64,000 nt of DNA from a virus. The notes beneath the pieces are model-generated. The model had not been told where the DNA came from. It did not search any database and worked only from the letters and a program-made list of their open reading frames with translations. The first letter of the stretch is position 1. The number at the start of each line of letters is the position of its first letter. The stretch covers positions 32,001-96,000 of IMG/VR virus record IMGVR_UViG_3300045988_072028. The stretch is one strand, 5' to 3'. Below are positions 26,725-35,337 of the stretch, piece by piece. The translations under genes were made by a program, and so were the position numbers.

Positions 26725-27308
26725 TCTATAAGCCCTTTGTTATGTTTATCGTAATATAATAATGCTATAGCGTTCCAGCATACGGCGGATAGATGCATGA
26801 ATCCCTCCTTATCATATCTCTCCCCTTTCGTATAAGCGACCAAGTGTCTCATGAGTGCACCTAGATAACGATTGAACCCATCAGGTATATCTTGCCATGA
26901 GTTATCAGCATACTTCTTGGCACCTTCTGTATATACCCTCACGATGTCTTCTATCTCAGCCAAAGGAAGGAGATCCCACCGGAGTTTGCCGTCGGCCCGG
27001 TCGTTCTTCCCGCTGCCGTCCTTCCCGACGAACGGTGCGTCTGTCGCTTCCCACTCATTGGTATTACATAGACCCTCGCCGATAGAGCTATAATCCGTAA
27101 GCTTATCGACCGTTTCCTCATCAATAATCCTTAATTTAATAGCCCTGTTTAATGATACAACCATTTCCTCGTCAGCCCAAGCATATTCATATGATGCTTT
27201 AAATAATGGGCCTAATTTCATCATTCCTGTACGATCGGCGGTTTCAAGTACCTCAAATACCTCACCGTCATAAACAACCTTTTCGTATTTACCAAATTCC
27301 TCTTTCAT
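26700..27308 (-). CDS. DUF5664-like (dATP/dGTP diphosphohydrolase N-terminal domain-like) protein
   Basis: GKLRWDLLPLAEIEDIVRVYTEGAKKYADNSW...LGALMRHLVAY...FMHLSAVCWNAIALL matches my recollection of the K-R-DLLP...GA-KY--NW...A--RH...HL family pattern. Confidence 0.55.
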   Translation of the reverse strand: MKEEFGKYEKVVYDGEVFEVLETADRTGMMKLGPLFKASYEYAWADEEMVVSLNRAIKLRIIDEETVDKLTDYSSIGEGLCNTNEWEATDAPFVGKDGSGKNDRADGKLRWDLLPLAEIEDIVRVYTEGAKKYADNSWQDIPDGFNRYLGALMRHLVAYTKGERYDKEGFMHLSAVCWNAIALLYYDKHNKGLIEWKSQEKE

Positions 27309-27309
27309 T

Positions 27310-27672
27310 TTAAATTTCTTTTTGTTTTATTATTATTACTGGATCATCATTAAAAGGAGACAGTATTCCAATATGCAGCAATATGCTTCGCTCATCCCCA
27401 TCATTCTTTTCTGCTTTAAAGCCATTGATAACACATTTGTCACTAGATATAATAAAACCGCTTGTATCAGGATTATTTTCAATTGTAACCCATCCCTTTT
27501 TAACTGATTCATGATTCCTTAGTTTATCAGCATCATCTTTCGTTAACCAATATTCCTCAAAAACAGTATCCGGATATTTGGTCTTTATTTCCTCGTAAGT
27601 ATCATACCATGTCATATTTTCATGTTTTAGATTAATAAAATTCGCTAAGATCCCTACATTCCGGTGTCTCAC
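27310..27672 (-). CDS. hypothetical protein
   Basis: An internal ATG at 27615 (MTWYDTY) would avoid the overlap with the upstream ORF. Confidence 0.5.
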   Translation of the reverse strand: MRHRNVGILANFINLKHENMTWYDTYEEIKTKYPDTVFEEYWLTKDDADKLRNHESVKKGWVTIENNPDTSGFIISSDKCVINGFKAEKNDGDERSILLHIGILSPFNDDPVIIIKQKEI

Positions 27673-27853
27673 CTGTTATGGAATAAAGCTCACCAGATGA
27701 TAGATATACGCAATGCGATGTCTTCCCGTCCCTCCACTTGCTTTGCTTCGTAATCCCGCAAATAGCGCAGCGTTGGATCCCCGGCCCTGCCTTTACCCAC
27801 GAGTGTCGTACGTTTTTCTTTCTCGTCCTGTTGGTGTTGTCAAGTTTCCTCAT
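27632..27853 (-). CDS. small basic zinc-ribbon-like protein
   Basis: Contains CAICG...HC. Confidence 0.45.
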   Translation of the reverse strand: MRKLDNTNRTRKKNVRHSWVKAGPGIQRCAICGITKQSKWRDGKTSHCVYLSSGELYSITGETPECRDLSEFY

Positions 27854-27854
27854 A

Positions 27855-28208
27855 TTAATCCTCCAAAGTCATTATAATCTTATCTTTCCCGATAATAACC
27901 TCATTCCCGCTCCTTACATCAAAGCATTTCCCTTCATCTGCCTCCTTGAAATAAAGAGCACCATTGTACTCGAACAAACCGAAGCCGTAATCGTCTAGCT
28001 TCATTTCGTTAAGTCTCTTGAATTTGTATATTTTCCCCATATTTTCTGTATTTTTTATATTTTGTATTACTAAACACATCAAAAAGATAGATAAGATCGT
28101 TGCTATTATCCCTCCATAAAATTTAGTCGAATCATTCTTTTCATTTCCTTCTACTATCAAATAGATAGAACACGCCATTATTATAAAGGTAGATCCTAAT
28201 TCAATCAT
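27855..28208 (-). CDS. membrane protein (two predicted TM helices)
   Basis: Hydrophobic stretches FIIMACSIYLIV and GGIIATILSIFLMCLVI. Confidence 0.5.
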   Translation of the reverse strand: MIELGSTFIIMACSIYLIVEGNEKNDSTKFYGGIIATILSIFLMCLVIQNIKNTENMGKIYKFKRLNEMKLDDYGFGLFEYNGALYFKEADEGKCFDVRSGNEVIIGKDKIIMTLED

Positions 28209-29074
28209 AACATTTTCCTTGTTTTCAAAAACTCCATCATATCCTCTGCGCTAAGCTGGAAGCCTGCCGCCGCCTTATGACCTCCTCCCCCGGGATAGGC
28301 TTTATGTGCCAGCGCCGAGACATCCACCTCCTCTTTGGTGGTATAGAATGAACATCTAAAGAATCTTCCGTTCCAGCAAAATGGCATCATCAGATCATGT
28401 CTCTTAGGGTTATACATAGATTCAAATGTAGTAGAGTTAAACTCCGTGGTATTCATACATATAGCCTTGTACCCAAATACATCAGCCTCGAATGAGAACA
28501 TATTCATCTCCCCTCTGTTTTTCTCTACTATATACTCTATTATAGCCTCCCCGTTATTTATCATATCATTCACTAAGTTGTTATCGGCTTTATCTAGTAC
28601 ATCCTTAACAATGTCTACATCAAGACCGCAATATCCCCTCATCCCGTACTGGAACGCCATGACATCACTCCACTCGAACCGGTCGTGATCCCATACATCA
28701 TAAGCACTCAATAATTCTACCACATTAGGGGTTTCGATATCATCGAAAAGATATTCCCACGTAAGCTCACAGGCCGCCGTCCCTATACGCCTCTTGCCCT
28801 TTACCTCGTAATCCCTCATATCGTCTATGGCTGTCTTATGATGGTCTATCCATATGACATCTGTACCTTTATCCTTCCACTCATCGAAAAGGAATCTTGT
28901 TCTGTTTCCAAATGACACGTCAACTACAAATACCTTATCATATTTATTCACGTTAGGTATTTCCTTGCCGTAATTGTAAGGAAGAAGATCAATGTCCCCT
29001 TTGAAATACTTTTTTACTATAGCCGCTGACATTACTCCGTCAAGATCAGCCTCATGATATATACACCCAATCAT
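28205..29074 (-). CDS. DHH-family phosphoesterase (NrnA/RecJ-like)
   Basis: YHEADLDGVMSA, VVDVS, WIDHHKT and the DHHA1 motif GGGGHKAAAGF. Confidence 0.8.
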   Translation of the reverse strand: MIGCIYHEADLDGVMSAAIVKKYFKGDIDLLPYNYGKEIPNVNKYDKVFVVDVSFGNRTRFLFDEWKDKGTDVIWIDHHKTAIDDMRDYEVKGKRRIGTAACELTWEYLFDDIETPNVVELLSAYDVWDHDRFEWSDVMAFQYGMRGYCGLDVDIVKDVLDKADNNLVNDMINNGEAIIEYIVEKNRGEMNMFSFEADVFGYKAICMNTTEFNSTTFESMYNPKRHDLMMPFCWNGRFFRCSFYTTKEEVDVSALAHKAYPGGGGHKAAAGFQLSAEDMMEFLKTRKML

Positions 29075-29313
29075 AATAATTTTTTTATTTGTTTCAATTC
29101 ATATTCTATCACATTGATACGACCCATGATAATATCTTTATCATCGTCATTATCATGATCACCATCTTCCTTCTTAGATAAGATATTATCTATTTGGGCT
29201 GACGCTAATACCATCATCATGCAATGATTTGATTTAATTTTTTGTGATATATGTACGCCATTTATAGCGATTTGGACACAAATATCTTTTATCTCATCTA
29301 TACTCATATTCAT
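29071..29313 (-). CDS. hypothetical protein
   Basis: ATGA overlaps on both sides. Confidence 0.5.
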   Translation of the reverse strand: MNMSIDEIKDICVQIAINGVHISQKIKSNHCMMMVLASAQIDNILSKKEDGDHDNDDDKDIIMGRINVIEYELKQIKKLL

Positions 29314-30770
29314 AATCTATTGTTTTTAATTAAAAAATCTATGTATTCTTTTATCTCCCTGTTTCGATCATTACTCCAGTCAAAGGTCTCGTTTATGAAT
29401 TTGAAATACGATACTGGAATCGAATGAAACATCCATCCACAATACTTGCCGAATGTCATCACCGTAGATCCAAGGGGATGATCCGGCCTTCCGGGAACAG
29501 GGGCGGCGGTTACGCCCTGCGCCAGCCCCCTCCTACGATCTTTCTTGGCGGCTTTGATATCCAGATCTGTTTTCGTTACCTTATCCCCCATCGGGATATT
29601 AGTTATTAGCTTATCGCCGATAAACATTCCCCATCCATACCCCTTGTAGTTCTCTATACTAAGTTTCCTTATATCACCGAACCTTGACGAGTTGTTACAA
29701 CAATCAACGACCAAAGCACTATCCTTTCCGTCTTTTATACGGACTGCCCTTCCAAGCCACTGATAAAACGACGAGAACGAGAATGTCGGCCTTCCTACTA
29801 TCACGCAATCCAGACCCGGATGATCGAATCCCGTACCGAGGGCGGAATAGTTGAACACTACCTTCGTCTTACCTGACTTGAACCCCTCGACTATAGCCTC
29901 CCGCTGTTTCTTTGGCGTGCCTCCGTGAACCACTTCCGCCATGCCAGCGCATATCTTTGCGTTCATCCATTCGGCGGCGGTATTGCAGCTCTCAACAGAA
30001 TCCATAAACACCAGTATAGATCTGCATACGTCTTTTAATACCATCAACCGACGTAAAATAAGGTTGTTTAAGCCGTTTTTTCTCACCGCCTCACTAATAG
30101 ACTCGGCCGTATATTCGGAGCCGTTAGAATTAAGTTTAAGGGCATCTCCATTGAAATCCCATGTCTCATATTTAAGAGGTGTCCAAAATCCTTGCCTTAT
30201 CATCTCCTCTACCTGTATCACGTGAATCAGGTTTTTGAAATATACCGGTCTCATACGAGTGATGAAATTAAGTTGGGAATATGATGTCTGTCCTATCGAC
30301 ATGTTTTTAAGTCTACATGGCGTGGCTGTAAACCCTATCACCTTTCTCGGCTTCAGCTCATTCATGAATGTCATGAACTCACTGCCGTCTTCAGGACTGT
30401 ATCCGGCATGAGCCTCATCTATCAACACGTTCCTGATCCCCATCTCCTTAAGCTGACCAACAACCTTCTTGATAGACCCTAACGTGGCGTATATCATGTT
30501 AGATAGCTCTTTCTTGCCACAGGAGGCGGAGTAGATGGTCGCCGGTATGCCATATGATGTAAGCTTGCAGTAGTTTTGTATTAGTAATTCGCGAGACGGC
30601 TGGAGAACCAGCGTCTTATCTCCCATCAATCTAGCCGCTTCTGCTATGAGGATCGATTTACCGCAACCTACCGGTCCGATGACTAACACTGGATCATGTC
30701 TATCAGAGTTTATGTAATCGGAGATACTTTTAACACACTCCTCTTGATATGGTCTTAGTCTGTATATCAT
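29310..30770 (-). CDS. SF2 DEAH-box DNA helicase with DUF3820-like C-terminal tail
   Basis: LRPYQEECV (Q motif region), Walker A GPVGCGKS, LIDEAH, FTATP and QWLGRAVR. C-terminal TFGKYCGWMFHSIPVSYFKFI. Confidence 0.85.
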   Translation of the reverse strand: MIYRLRPYQEECVKSISDYINSDRHDPVLVIGPVGCGKSILIAEAARLMGDKTLVLQPSRELLIQNYCKLTSYGIPATIYSASCGKKELSNMIYATLGSIKKVVGQLKEMGIRNVLIDEAHAGYSPEDGSEFMTFMNELKPRKVIGFTATPCRLKNMSIGQTSYSQLNFITRMRPVYFKNLIHVIQVEEMIRQGFWTPLKYETWDFNGDALKLNSNGSEYTAESISEAVRKNGLNNLILRRLMVLKDVCRSILVFMDSVESCNTAAEWMNAKICAGMAEVVHGGTPKKQREAIVEGFKSGKTKVVFNYSALGTGFDHPGLDCVIVGRPTFSFSSFYQWLGRAVRIKDGKDSALVVDCCNNSSRFGDIRKLSIENYKGYGWGMFIGDKLITNIPMGDKVTKTDLDIKAAKKDRRRGLAQGVTAAPVPGRPDHPLGSTVMTFGKYCGWMFHSIPVSYFKFINETFDWSNDRNREIKEYIDFLIKNNRL

Positions 30771-30949
30771 TTGGATCTGTAGTTATCAAAAACGTCTTTC
30801 ACGTACTCTAATCTTATCGCACACTCCCGACCATCGTCCATTTTCACCATCAAAGTCTCTTTGGTCTTGCTTATGGCTATCACTTCTCCTGTTCCTATCT
30901 GGGTATGGACTATATCGCCTAGCTTTATATTACATTTGATCATGGTCAA
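30767..30949 (-). CDS. hypothetical small protein
   Basis: ATGA overlap with the helicase gene. Confidence 0.5.
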   Translation of the reverse strand: MTMIKCNIKLGDIVHTQIGTGEVIAISKTKETLMVKMDDGRECAIRLEYVKDVFDNYRSK

Positions 30950-31526
30950 GTTTTTTATTAAATTCCTCTATCTTGCTCCTGTCTGTCTCTTTGGTCATCT
31001 TAGCCTCTTCCTTGAACATGTCATACCCTTCCCGGATATTATCCCCAACCATATTCTCTATCATCTCCCTCATCTCATCGCTTCTTACGGCGAAAGATAT
31101 TTGGAACGATTTACTTGTGCCTTTCATCAGGTAATCAATCTCCTTCTTGCATTCTGTCATCAATCTATCCAGATTATCGAACTTAACGAACTTAGAGTTG
31201 CCATTGGCTTTCCTTACCCCATCCTTAAAATCCTCCAATATCCCGTTAAATACATCCGCCATGCACATCATGGAATGTAGCCATACCAGCATATTGAATT
31301 TATATTCATTATCAGCGTTATTCATCAAACTCACCAAAGACTCGCTTTTTGTCAACATGATCTTCGATTCCCGGTCTACGATATCCTTTATCTCCTGCCG
31401 GCATTTCATGGCACCAACGAAATCCATCCTAGAGTAACATTCGTTTGATTTCTCTACCAATTTCTTGATATCCTTTCTAGACATCAAAAGATCCAATATC
31501 TGTTTTTCTCTTTCGCTTTTATCCAT
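30930..31526 (-). CDS. hypothetical protein
   Basis: Helical. No motif recognised. Confidence 0.55.
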   Translation of the reverse strand: MDKSEREKQILDLLMSRKDIKKLVEKSNECYSRMDFVGAMKCRQEIKDIVDRESKIMLTKSESLVSLMNNADNEYKFNMLVWLHSMMCMADVFNGILEDFKDGVRKANGNSKFVKFDNLDRLMTECKKEIDYLMKGTSKSFQISFAVRSDEMREMIENMVGDNIREGYDMFKEEAKMTKETDRSKIEEFNKKLDHDQM

Positions 31527-31556
31527 AACCAGTTATTTATTGATACAAATATAATT

Positions 31557-31583
31557 AAAGCCTAGATATTTACCTAGGCTTTT
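31557..31583 (-). terminator. hairpin after the nuclease gene
   Basis: AAGCCTAG...CTAGGCTT stem flanked by A/T runs on both sides. Confidence 0.5.
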
Positions 31584-31591
31584 TAATAAAG

Positions 31592-32617
31592 TTAATCTTT
31601 TTTATTCTTTCTTTTTGACTCATCCCAATTCGATGAATATCTGCATGTCCCTTGTTTATGAATTGAGAAATCGCACCAAAAACACAAGGGCTTGGGGCGG
31701 GGTTCAAGGCAGGCCGGCTGGCGTCCCATGAGGTAGCGTGTCTCGTATTTATACTCTTGCTTGACATCGTCCCAAACGTGAGCTTGATAGCTATTGATTT
31801 TATTTGTTTCGAAATCATACATATCAAGAAGAATATCATTAAGCTCCTTGACTGACCTCTCTACCTTTTCCTTATCTACCTTCACGTTTTGGTTATCCAA
31901 CATACGGGTAAAAAAATAGCTACACATATCTGGTAATACCTTATACTTCCTGTATATATAAAAGGCGTATATCGGATGCTGGAGATTGTGAAGCAATTTA
32001 TCCTTATCGAATAATTTTCTCCCGGACTTCCAGTCTATCGTATACATAGCTGTTCTGTCTTTTGTCTTATACTCACCTCTCCAGTCTACTGATCCTATGA
32101 TATGTACCTTATCGTACGTCACGCCATCCAAGGTAAGGGGCTTGGGCAGCTTATAAGGCAGGACGAAGCCCTCCTCCACGCCGGCCGGTCTCGACCCCCG
32201 GATTACCTTCTCCATTGGCGTAAGATCAGACCATGCCTTCTTATAATTGCCAGCAGCATCCTTCTCAAACAACCCCACAATCCATCTTATTAGCCTAGCC
32301 GCATGTTGCATAGACTCGATCTGGGATTTTACGCTATCAAAAGGAATCTTCTCTATATCCGCATAGTAATTGAAAGCCTTACTCATATCCTCATAAGAAG
32401 GTCTACATCCGTTCTTGAAGAAATACTCCATTGTCTGGTGGATAACCGTACCATATGACGTAGCCTCGTGCTTCTCCGTGGATCTGTGACCCTCCACGTA
32501 AGTCTTATACCACTTATACGGACATTGGACGAACGTGTCTATCTGTGAATAGGATGTGGCAAGAACCTTCTCTCCGTTTATGACCTTGCATAACAAATTA
32601 TTCTCCGGTATCACCAT
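31592..32617 (-). CDS. PD-(D/E)XK nuclease, Cas4/RecB-like with Cys cluster
   Basis: N-terminal SYSQIDTFVQCPYKWY, core IGSVDW...YTIDWKSGRK, and C-terminal CFWCDFSIHKQGTC (one N-terminal plus three C-terminal Cys, the Fe-S pattern). Confidence 0.7.
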   Translation of the reverse strand: MVIPENNLLCKVINGEKVLATSYSQIDTFVQCPYKWYKTYVEGHRSTEKHEATSYGTVIHQTMEYFFKNGCRPSYEDMSKAFNYYADIEKIPFDSVKSQIESMQHAARLIRWIVGLFEKDAAGNYKKAWSDLTPMEKVIRGSRPAGVEEGFVLPYKLPKPLTLDGVTYDKVHIIGSVDWRGEYKTKDRTAMYTIDWKSGRKLFDKDKLLHNLQHPIYAFYIYRKYKVLPDMCSYFFTRMLDNQNVKVDKEKVERSVKELNDILLDMYDFETNKINSYQAHVWDDVKQEYKYETRYLMGRQPACLEPRPKPLCFWCDFSIHKQGTCRYSSNWDESKRKNKKD

Positions 32618-33062
32618 AAAGCTTATCTATTTTTATGTCATGTCCGTATAAGTCCATTAACAGGTTTTGTAGATGGTGAAGATTCTTAATCTGAATAGGA
32701 TCGCTTAGATCGTCTTCCAGATCCCTAAGCCCAAGATAATACCCATCATCAAAAATCTCTATAGATATTCCGTAGCCTCGATATACATCCCGTCCTTTAT
32801 CACGCTTAAACCCGATGGTATTAAGCAGGTTATCATCTATCTCAATAGGCATGACATCATCTTCCCCGGAATACCATTTCATTATCCCGTCATCAACCTC
32901 ACGTTCAAGAATCAATGACTTACTTTCATTACGCATACCAGTAACGCACCCTACCCTCCATATATTGCCAGCCTTGTCTTTTACAAGATTCCCTATCCTT
33001 AGTTCTTTAGCCGAAATCATACTCGTCCTCCTCATTATAATCGTCATCGCAATCATCGACAA
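32598..33062 (-). CDS. hypothetical protein
   Basis: Packed same-strand ORF; start uncertain. Confidence 0.5.
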   Translation of the reverse strand: MSMIAMTIIMRRTSMISAKELRIGNLVKDKAGNIWRVGCVTGMRNESKSLILEREVDDGIMKWYSGEDDVMPIEIDDNLLNTIGFKRDKGRDVYRGYGISIEIFDDGYYLGLRDLEDDLSDPIQIKNLHHLQNLLMDLYGHDIKIDKLYGDTGE

Positions 33063-33107
33063 GAGGGGTTTCTAACCCCTCTTCCCAATCATCATATCCA
33101 AAGTCCA

Positions 33108-33392
33108 TTACTTACTCTTAAACCAATCATACAACATATCCGTAAAAATCCCTACAGTTAGTTCATCAACAGGTTTATCACCGAAGACATCATCCGATAT
33201 CCTTATACCAATCTTCTCTTCAATCCCCATCAACACCTCTAATAAATCAAATGGATCCATAGCCAGATCAGATGATAAATTACTATCTTCTTTTACATCA
33301 TCAATTACCTCTATATTATTAATGTAATTGAACTTATGCATTTTTTCAAATATCTCTTTTCTGGCTAGTTTCAATATTTTATCTCTCTCCAT
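33108..33392 (-). CDS. acyl-carrier-protein-like protein, Ser-to-Pro variant (DPF)
   Basis: DLAMDPFDLLEVLMGIEEKIGIRISDD aligns with the ACP core [27 protein letters not shown]. The phosphopantetheine-acceptor Ser position is Pro. Confidence 0.6.
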   Translation of the reverse strand: MERDKILKLARKEIFEKMHKFNYINNIEVIDDVKEDSNLSSDLAMDPFDLLEVLMGIEEKIGIRISDDVFGDKPVDELTVGIFTDMLYDWFKSK

Positions 33393-33612
33393 GATTATTT
33401 AGATAATTATATAATATATCCATAAATTCCCCTACCGTAAGTTTAGTATAAGGTTTGATGTTTAGTGTCTCATCAGGTATAGATATACCCATCCTTTTCT
33501 CTATTTCCATCACCACCTCTGCGTAGTCAAAGGAATCCATAGCCATGTCAGTCGCCAGCCCATCCTCGTTATCGATCTCGGCAGCATGATTAAAACCCGT
33601 AAACTCACCCAT
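33379..33612 (-). CDS. acyl-carrier-protein-like protein (DSF motif), 5' part apparently frameshifted
   Basis: DMAMDSFDYAEVVMEIEKRMGISIPDE matches the ACP core with the Ser retained. The expected helix I (MERKEIEKVVKEVIFER) is encoded at 33662..33612 in a different frame. Confidence 0.6.
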   Translation of the reverse strand: MGEFTGFNHAAEIDNEDGLATDMAMDSFDYAEVVMEIEKRMGISIPDETLNIKPYTKLTVGEFMDILYNYLNNHGER

Positions 33613-33663
33613 CTCTCAAAGATCACTTCCTTGACTACTTTTTCAATTTCTTTTCTTTCCATG

Positions 33664-34362
33664 CTAAATTGACATTTTTAATCTTCTACCTAATTCTTTT
33701 TTTATATCTGATATTCTTTCGATGTCCATCTTAACATCTCCAGTAATAGTATATTCCTTATCCATCTTCTTAGGAGGATCCGGGAGTCGGCTTACGGCGA
33801 ACAACCATGCCAGTTCCTTGTTCTTGTTCTCCCTAAGATATAGATCAGATGTCATGCCATACATTTTTATGATCGTATCGAATAGCGTCGACTCCGATAA
33901 GCTCATATGTACGCTATAGACATTTGACGGCTTCCATATCAAGTTATCCAACCTCATCGTATATTCACGTTTAAGGTCTATATGGGATATCACGGCCCTT
34001 ACTATAGGATCTTCCTTGAAATTCGTGTTAGCCACGAACCAGATAAGCCTTTTCTCCACCTCCTTGACAGCTCCCGTATCCTTACCCATATCGTTATATA
34101 CCCCAACGATACGGTCCCGGATCCCCTCGACCTCCGGTGTCAGGCCGGGTGTCTCTATCAGCATCAGCAGCGATCCTCCCCTTGGCGTTATCTTCCACTT
34201 CCCATTCTTCTGAAGCTCGATATAACCAGACGCTTTATAGCCGTCTATTTTCTCTTTTGGAATGACATCAGCCATCTCCTCTTTTTGCCGGATCATCAAA
34301 AGATACCCGACATCAGACATCGTTAATCCTGATGTCATCATCTGTTCAAAATTTATGTACAT
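33664..34362 (-). CDS. hypothetical protein
   Basis: 232-aa same-strand ORF. No motif recognised. Confidence 0.6.
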   Translation of the reverse strand: MYINFEQMMTSGLTMSDVGYLLMIRQKEEMADVIPKEKIDGYKASGYIELQKNGKWKITPRGGSLLMLIETPGLTPEVEGIRDRIVGVYNDMGKDTGAVKEVEKRLIWFVANTNFKEDPIVRAVISHIDLKREYTMRLDNLIWKPSNVYSVHMSLSESTLFDTIIKMYGMTSDLYLRENKNKELAWLFAVSRLPDPPKKMDKEYTITGDVKMDIERISDIKKELGRRLKMSI

Positions 34363-34373
34363 AAATGAATGAA

Positions 34374-34715
34374 TTAAAATATTGATCTTATTTTTCTAGC
34401 TATTCTCTCAACTATGTCAGAATGATCATTATCATTGTATATATCAATCAATCTACGAAGTATATATAATCTTGTGCCCTCATCCAAAGAATCAAACCAT
34501 AACTCATCGATACGTTTATTAATCGGCTTAAACATTCTTAACTCAGGTATAAGCTCATATGCAAAATCATCTTTTCTATCTGCCAACTCAAGCATATCAG
34601 CCGCTTCAACTATAGCCACACATATAAAACTCTCATGTCTATTCTTTATAAGATGATAAGCTCTTATTAATACCCTAAGGCCGTCTGCTTTCGACAATCT
34701 CTTTCCCTTTTTCAT
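34374..34715 (-). CDS. hypothetical protein
   Basis: Packed same-strand ORF. Confidence 0.55.
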   Translation of the reverse strand: MKKGKRLSKADGLRVLIRAYHLIKNRHESFICVAIVEAADMLELADRKDDFAYELIPELRMFKPINKRIDELWFDSLDEGTRLYILRRLIDIYNDNDHSDIVERIARKIRSIF

Positions 34716-35337
34716 ATTGCTTTACAGTATAAGATTCATTAGCCATGCCAACCCTACCAACTGATATGGATTGATTTATTGATTGATTAAGATGTCCTAT
34801 AACCGACATCTTAGCCCTAACCGTATTGGCACATCTTAGAAGGATTCGATAATCCTCTAACGCCCTCTCGTATCTTACGTCCACCCTAGCCCTTTTATCA
34901 GCATCAGTCATGCTCTTACATGTTCCGTCCTCCCTCAGGCTTATAGCGATCTTGTCCCGTATGATTCTGATATCATCCTCGGCTATCACCAGTTCGGCGT
35001 CAAGAACCCCCTTGTATGAGCTAAGAAGATCCTCCACCGCCACAACTTCCCTTTTCAGGTTCTCCAATTCCAATATCATTGAGTTGTCATTTATCCTTTT
35101 ATACTCCTGTACTTTATTGGATACCTCATCACAGATACTCATGATCTCCTTTTCCCGTTCCCGATTTATGATATATCTGATGCTGTATTTAGCCATTTCC
35201 TTTAACGAGGATATAATTTCCTTTATCCCCATCTTATCCTCAACCGACAATACGGTCTTCAAGAACATTTCCAGCACCTTTATCACTACAAGCAAGTAAT
35301 TATGTCTCAATCTCATGTCAATAAGGTGTTTCGTCAT
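34675..35337 (-). CDS. hypothetical coiled-coil protein
   Basis: Same-strand ORF; start uncertain. Confidence 0.5.
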   Translation of the reverse strand: MTKHLIDMRLRHNYLLVVIKVLEMFLKTVLSVEDKMGIKEIISSLKEMAKYSIRYIINREREKEIMSICDEVSNKVQEYKRINDNSMILELENLKREVVAVEDLLSSYKGVLDAELVIAEDDIRIIRDKIAISLREDGTCKSMTDADKRARVDVRYERALEDYRILLRCANTVRAKMSVIGHLNQSINQSISVGRVGMANESYTVKQYEKGKEIVESRRP

